64,000 bases of DNA from Eledone cirrhosa (Eukaryota). Below the pieces are notes generated by a model. It worked only from the letters and a program-made list of their open reading frames with translations, was not told the DNA's origin and ran no database searches. Shown here in pieces: positions 58,291-64,000 of the stretch; position 1 is the stretch's first letter; each line of letters starts with the position of its first letter. A program made the translations under genes and the position numbers. Location of the stretch: contig OZ024740.1 in assembly GCA_964016885.1 (NCBI GenBank), positions 318,866,001-318,930,000 on the forward strand. Direction: 5' to 3'.

Positions 58291-60632
58291 GACTCTACCC
58301 ATTCGCTGTATTTCTACTACAATACTAACTTCAAATAATCCAGGATTGTCTCCTCTATTTCCACAACTTACATTCTATGTCATATTCTAACGAGTCTACC
58401 AATTCGCTGTGTTTCTACTACAATACTCACAACAAATAAACCAGGATTGTCTCGTCTATTTCCACAACTTACATTATATCTGACATACTAACGACTCTAC
58501 GAATTCGAAGACTTTCTACTACAATACTAACTTTAAACTATCCAGGATTGTCTCCTCTATTTCCACAACTTACATTCTATCTGACATTCTAACGACTCTA
58601 CCAATTCGCTGTATTTCTACTACAATACTAACTTCAAATAATCCAGGATTGTATCGGCTATTTCCACAACTTACATTCTATCTGACATTCTAACGACTCT
58701 ACCAATTCGCTGTCTTTCTGCTACAATACTAACAACAAATAATCTAGGATTGTCTCGTCTATTTCCACAACTTACATTCTATCTGACATTCTAACGACTC
58801 TAACAATTCGAAGTCTTTCTACTACAATACTCACAACAAATAATCCAGGATTGTCTCATCTATTTCCACAACTTACATTCTATCTGACATTCTAACGACT
58901 CTACCAATTCGATGTGTTTCTACTACAATACTCACGTCAAATAATCCAGGATTGTCTCGTCTATCTCCAGACCTTACATTCTATCTGACATTCTAACGAC
59001 TCTACCAGTTCGCTGTATTTCTACTACAATACTCACAACAAATAATCCAGGATTGTCTCGTCTATTTCCACAACTTACATTCTATCTCACATTCTAACGT
59101 GTCTACCAATTCGAAGTCTTTCTACTACAATACTAACTTTAAACAATCCAGGATTGTCTCCTCTATTTCCACAACTTACATTCTATCTGACATTGAAACG
59201 ACTCTACCAATTCGATGTGTTTGTACTACAATACTCACAAAAAAATAATCCAGGATTGTATCGTCTTTTTCCACAACTTACATTCTATCTGACATTCTAA
59301 CGACTCTACCAATTCGCTGTATTTCTACTACAATACTAACTTCAATTAGTCCAGGATTGTATCATCTATTTCCACAACTTACATTCTATCTGATATTCGA
59401 ACGACTCTACCAATTCGAAGTCTTTCTACTACAATACTCACAACAAACAATCCAGGATTGTCTCGTCTATTTCTACAACGTACATTCTATGTGACATTAA
59501 AACGACTCTATCAATTCGAAGTCTTTCTACTACAATACTAACGTCAAATAATCCAGGATTGTCTCGTCTATTTCCACAACTTACGTTCTATCTGACATTC
59601 TAACGACTCTACCAATTCGAATTCTTTATATTACAATACTCACAACAAATAATCCACGACTGTCTCGTCTATTTCCACAACTTACATTCTATCTGACATT
59701 CTAACGACTCTACCAATTCGATGTGTTTCTACTACAATACTCACGACAAATAATCCAGGATTGTCTCGTCTATTTCCACAACTTACATTCTATCTGACAT
59801 TCTAACGACTCTACGAATTCGCTGTCTTTCTACTACAATGCTCACAAAAAATAATCCACGACTGTCTCGTCTATTTCCACAACTTACATTCTATCTGACA
59901 TTCTAACGACTCTACCAATTCGAAATCTTTCTACTACAATACTCACAACAAACAATCCAGGATTGTCTCGTCTATTTCTACAACTTACATTCTATGTGAC
60001 ATTCAAACGACTCTATCAATTCGAAGTCTTTCTACTACAATACTAACGTCAAATAATCCAGAATTGTCTCGTCTATTTCCACAACTTACGTTCTATCTGA
60101 CATTATAACGACTCTACCAATTCGAATTCTTTCTATTACAATACTCACAACAAACAATCCAGGATTGTCTCGTCTATTTCTACAACTTACATTCTATGTG
60201 ACATTCAAACGACTCTATGAATTCGAAGTCTTTCTACTACAATACTAACGTCAAATAATCCAGGATTGTCTCGTCTATTTCCACAACTTACGTTCTATCT
60301 GACATTCTAACGACTCTACCAATTCGAATTCTTTCTATTACAATACTCACAACAAATAATCCAGGATTGTCTCGTCTATTTCCACAACTTACATTCTATC
60401 TGACATTCTAGCGACTCTACGAATTCGCTGTCTTTCTACTACAATGCTCACAACAAATAATCCACGACTGTCTCGTCTATTTCCACAACTTACATTCTAT
60501 CTGACATTCTAACGACTCTATCAATTCGAAGTCTTTCTACAACAATACTAACGTAAAATAATCCAGGATCGTCTCGTCTATTTGCACAACTTACATTCTA
60601 TCTGACATTCTAACGACTCTACCAATTCGAAA

Positions 60633-61653
60633 TCTTTCTACTATAATACTAACAACAAATAATCTGGGATTGTCTCGTCTATTTCCACAACATACATTCT
60701 ATCTGACATTCTAACGACTCTACCAATTCGAAGTTTTTCTACTACAATACTCCCAACAAATTATCAAGGATTGTCTCGTCTATTTCCACAACTTACATTC
60801 TATCTCACATTCTATCGTGTCTACCAATTCGAAGTCTTTCTACTACAATACTAACTTTAAACAATCCAGGATTGTCTCCTCTATTTCCACAACTTACATT
60901 CTATCTGACATTGAAACGACTCTACCAATTCGATGTCTTTGTACTACAATACTCACAACAAACAATCCAGGATTGTCTCGTCTATTTCTACAACTTACAT
61001 TCTATGTGACATTCAAACGACTCTATCAATTCGAAGTCTTTCTACAACAATACTAACGTAAAATAATCCAGGATTGTCTCGTCCATTTCCACAACTTACA
61101 TTCTATCTGACATTCTAACGAGTCTACCAATTCGAAGTCTTTCTACTATAATACTAACAACAAATAATCTGGGATTGTCTCGTCTATTTCCACAACATAC
61201 ATTCTATCTGACATTCTAACGACTCTACCAATTCGAAGTTTTTCTACTACAATACTCCCAACAAATTATCAAGGATTGTCTCGTCTATTTCCACAACTTA
61301 CATTCTATCTCACATTCTATCGTGTCTACCAATTCGAAGTCTTTCTACTACAATACTAACTTTAAACAATCCAGGATTGTCTCCTCTATTTCCACAACTT
61401 ACATTCTATCTGACATTGAAACAACTCTACCAATTCGATGTCTTTGTACTACAATACTCACAACAAACAATCCAGGATTGTCTCGTCTATTTCTACAACT
61501 TACATTCTATGTGACATTCAAACGACTCTATCAATTCGAAGTCTTTCTACAAAAATACTAACGTAAAATAATCCAGGATTGTCTCGTCCATTTCCACAAC
61601 TTACATTCTATCTGACATTCTAACGAGTCTACCAATTCGAAGTCTTTCTACTA
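60633..61653. repeat. Tandem duplication of a 5-monomer block (period 505 bp)
   Basis: CTATAATACT at 60641/61146; ORF starts 60817/61322; shared AATTATCAAGG and TATCGTGTC. Confidence 0.88.
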
Positions 61654-64000
61654 CAATACTAACTTTAAATAATCCAGGATTGTCTCGTCTATCTCCAGAC
61701 CTTACATTCTATCTGACATTCTAACGACTCTACCAGTTCACTGTATTTCAACTACAATACTACCTTCAAATAATCCAGGATTGTCTCGTCTATTTCCACA
61801 ACTTACATTCTATCTGATATTCTAACGACTCTACCCATTCGCTGTATTTCTACTACAATACTAACTTCAAATAATCCAGGATTGTCTCGTCTACTTCCAC
61901 AAATCACATTCTATGTGATATTCTAACGACTCTACCAATTCGAAGTCTTTCTACTACAATACTAACGTCAAATTATCCAGGATCGTCTCGTCTATATCCG
62001 CAACTTACATTCTATCTGACATTCTAACGACTCTACCAATTCGAAGTTTTTCTACTACAATACTAACTTCAAATAATCCAGGATTGTCTCCTCTATTTCC
62101 ACAACTTACATTCTATGTCATATTCTAACGAGTCTACCAATTTGCTGTGTTTCTACTACAATACTCACAACAAATAAACCAGGATTGTCTCGTCTATTTC
62201 CACAACTTACATTATATCTGACATACTAACGACTCTACGAATTCGAAGACTTTCTACTACAATACTAACTTTAAACTATCCAGGATTGTCTCGTCTATTT
62301 CCACAACTTACATTATATCTGACATTCTAACGACTCTACCAATTCGCTGTATTTCTACTACAATACTAACTTCAAATAATCCAGGATTGTATCGGCTATT
62401 TCCACAACTTACATTCTATCTGACATTCTAACGACTCTACCAATTCGCTGTCTTTCTACTACAATACTAACAACATATAATCTAGGATTGTCTCGTCTAT
62501 TTCCACAACTTACAATCTATCTGATATTCGAACGACTCTACCAATTCGAAGTCTTTCTGCTACAATACTAACAACAAATAATCTAGGATTGTCTCGTCTA
62601 TTTCCACAACTTACATTCTATCTGACATTCTAACGACTCTAACAATTCGAGGTCTTTCTACTACAATACTCACAACAAATAATCCAGGATTGTCTCATCT
62701 ATTTCCACAACTTACATTCTATCTGACATTCTAACGACTCTACCAATTCGATGTGTTTCTACTACAATACTCACGTCAAATAATCCAGGATTGTCTCGTC
62801 TGTCTCCAGACCTTACATTCTATCTGACATTCTAACGACTCTACCAGTTCGCTGTATTTCTACTACAATACTCACAACAAATAATCCAGGATTGTCTCGT
62901 CTATTTCCACAACTTACATTCTATCTCACATTCTAACGTGTCTACCAATTCGAAGTCTTTCTACTACAATACTAACTTTAAACAATCCAGGATTGTCTCC
63001 TCTATTTCCACAACTTACATTCTATCTGACATTGAAACGACTCTACCAATTCGATGTGTTTGTACTACAATACTCACAAAAAAATAATCCAGGATTGTAT
63101 CGTCTTTTTCCACAACTTACATTCTATCTGACATTCTAACGACTCTACCAATTCGCTGTATTTCTACTACAATACTAACTTCAATTAGTCCAGAATTGTA
63201 TCATCTATTTCCACAACTTACATTCTATCTGATATTCGAACGACTCTACCAATTCGAAGTCTTTCTACTACAATACTCACAACAAACAATCCAGGATTGT
63301 CTCGTCTATTTCTACAACTTACATTCTATGTGACATTAAAACGACTCTATCAATTCGAAGTCTTTCTACTACAATACTAACGTCAAATAATCCAGGATTG
63401 TCTCGTCTATTTCCACAACTTACGTTCTATCTGACATTCTAACGACTCTACCAATTCGAATTCTTTATATTACAATACTCACAACAAATAATCCACGACT
63501 GTCTCGTCTATTTCCACAACTTACATTCTATCTGACATTCTAACGACTCTACCAATTCGCTGTATTTCTACTACAATACTCACGACAAATAATCCAGGAT
63601 TGTCTCGTCTATTTCCACAACTTACATTCTATCTGACATTATAACGACTCTACGAATTCGCTGTCTTTCTACTACAATGCTCACAAAAAATAATCCACGA
63701 CTGTCTCGTCTATTTCCACAACTTACATTCTATCTGACATTCTAACGACTCTACCAATTCGAAATCTTTCTACTACAATACTCACAACAAACAATCCAGG
63801 ATTGTCTCGTCTATTTCTACAACTTACATTCTATGTGACATTCAAACGACTCTATCAATTCGAAGTCTTTCTACTACAATACTAACGTCAAATAATCCAG
63901 AATTGTCTCGTCTATTTCCACAACTTACGTTCTATCTGACATTCTAACGACTCTACCAATTCGAATTCTTTCTATTACAATACTCACAACAAATAATCCA

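Larger units (their letters stand above)
1..64000. repeat. Tandem satellite DNA array, 101-bp monomer (100-102-bp variants), ~634 copies, single orientation; extends beyond both window ends
   Basis: AATAATCCAGGATTGTC recurs at 1, 102, 203 and onward to the window end. The core CTATTTCCACAACTTACATTCTATCTGACATTCTAACGACTCTACCAATTCG is present in essentially every unit, and no non-satellite sequence was seen. Confidence 0.99.
39000..64000. repeat. Satellite sub-domain R (right variant library) with ordered higher-order cassette
   Basis: Recurrent diagnostic variants: TAAACCAGG, ATCTCCAGACCT, CCACGACTG, ATTGAAACG, TTTGTAC, CAATTAGTCC, ATGTCAC/ATGTGAC, AACGTCAAA, GAATTC, and the 102-bp unit CACAAAAAAATAATCC. 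They recur in a conserved order. Confidence 0.85.

Noticed and set aside
44467-61561. Seven 62-97-aa ORFs in the right domain
   Set aside because: These are the same satellite reading frames, lengthened by chance loss of stop codons. Several use non-ATG starts.
1-64000. CRISPR array or conserved-repeat/variable-spacer cassette system
   Set aside because: The variable part consists of allelic versions of one sequence, not unique spacers. The full 101 bp is homologous between units, and there are no cas, recombinase or leader sequences.
1-64000. Giant repeat-protein gene (mucin or adhesin-like) on either strand
   Set aside because: The unit length is not divisible by 3, stops recur within every few monomers, and the ORF track lists no minus-strand ORF.
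1-64000. Tandem 5S rRNA, tRNA, snRNA or spliced-leader gene array, or telomeric repeat
   Set aside because: No recognisable motifs of these RNAs, little pairing potential with 8 G per unit, and no short telomeric unit.
1-64000. CENP-B box or assignment to a named satellite family
   Set aside because: TTCG is present but the downstream CGGG half of the box is not. I do not recognise the consensus, so no name is given.
1-64000. Embedded transposon, inversion or unique island
   Set aside because: Reading through the window I found no non-satellite or reverse-complement segment.

Overview
The whole 64-kb window is one uninterrupted head-to-tail tandem array of a ~101-bp satellite monomer (about 634 copies, all in one orientation, consensus about 35% GC, strongly G-poor on the + strand). 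Consensus: AATAATCCAGGATTGTCTCGTCTATTTCCACAACTTACATTCTATCTGACATTCTAACGACTCTACCAATTCG(AA/CT)GTCTTTCTACTACAATACT(A/C)AC(TTC/AAC)A. I found no credible gene, RNA gene, transposon or CRISPR array, and all 16 ORFs in the track are readings of the satellite. The organisation is typical of eukaryotic centromeric or pericentromeric satellite DNA, but I do not recognise the family or organism. The structure of interest is higher-order. There are two sequence domains with different variant libraries (about 1-37.3 kb and 39-64 kb), separated by a short divergent transition zone. There are many nested, near-identical block duplications (5-, 7-, 8-, 13/14-, 17-, 19- and 24-mers, plus a ~10.2-kb-offset duplication). 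The right domain carries an ordered but variable-length higher-order cassette, and short dyad symmetries are lengthened by right-domain variants. I see no evidence of a novel gene system. All comparisons were made by eye at marker variants, so boundaries are approximate.
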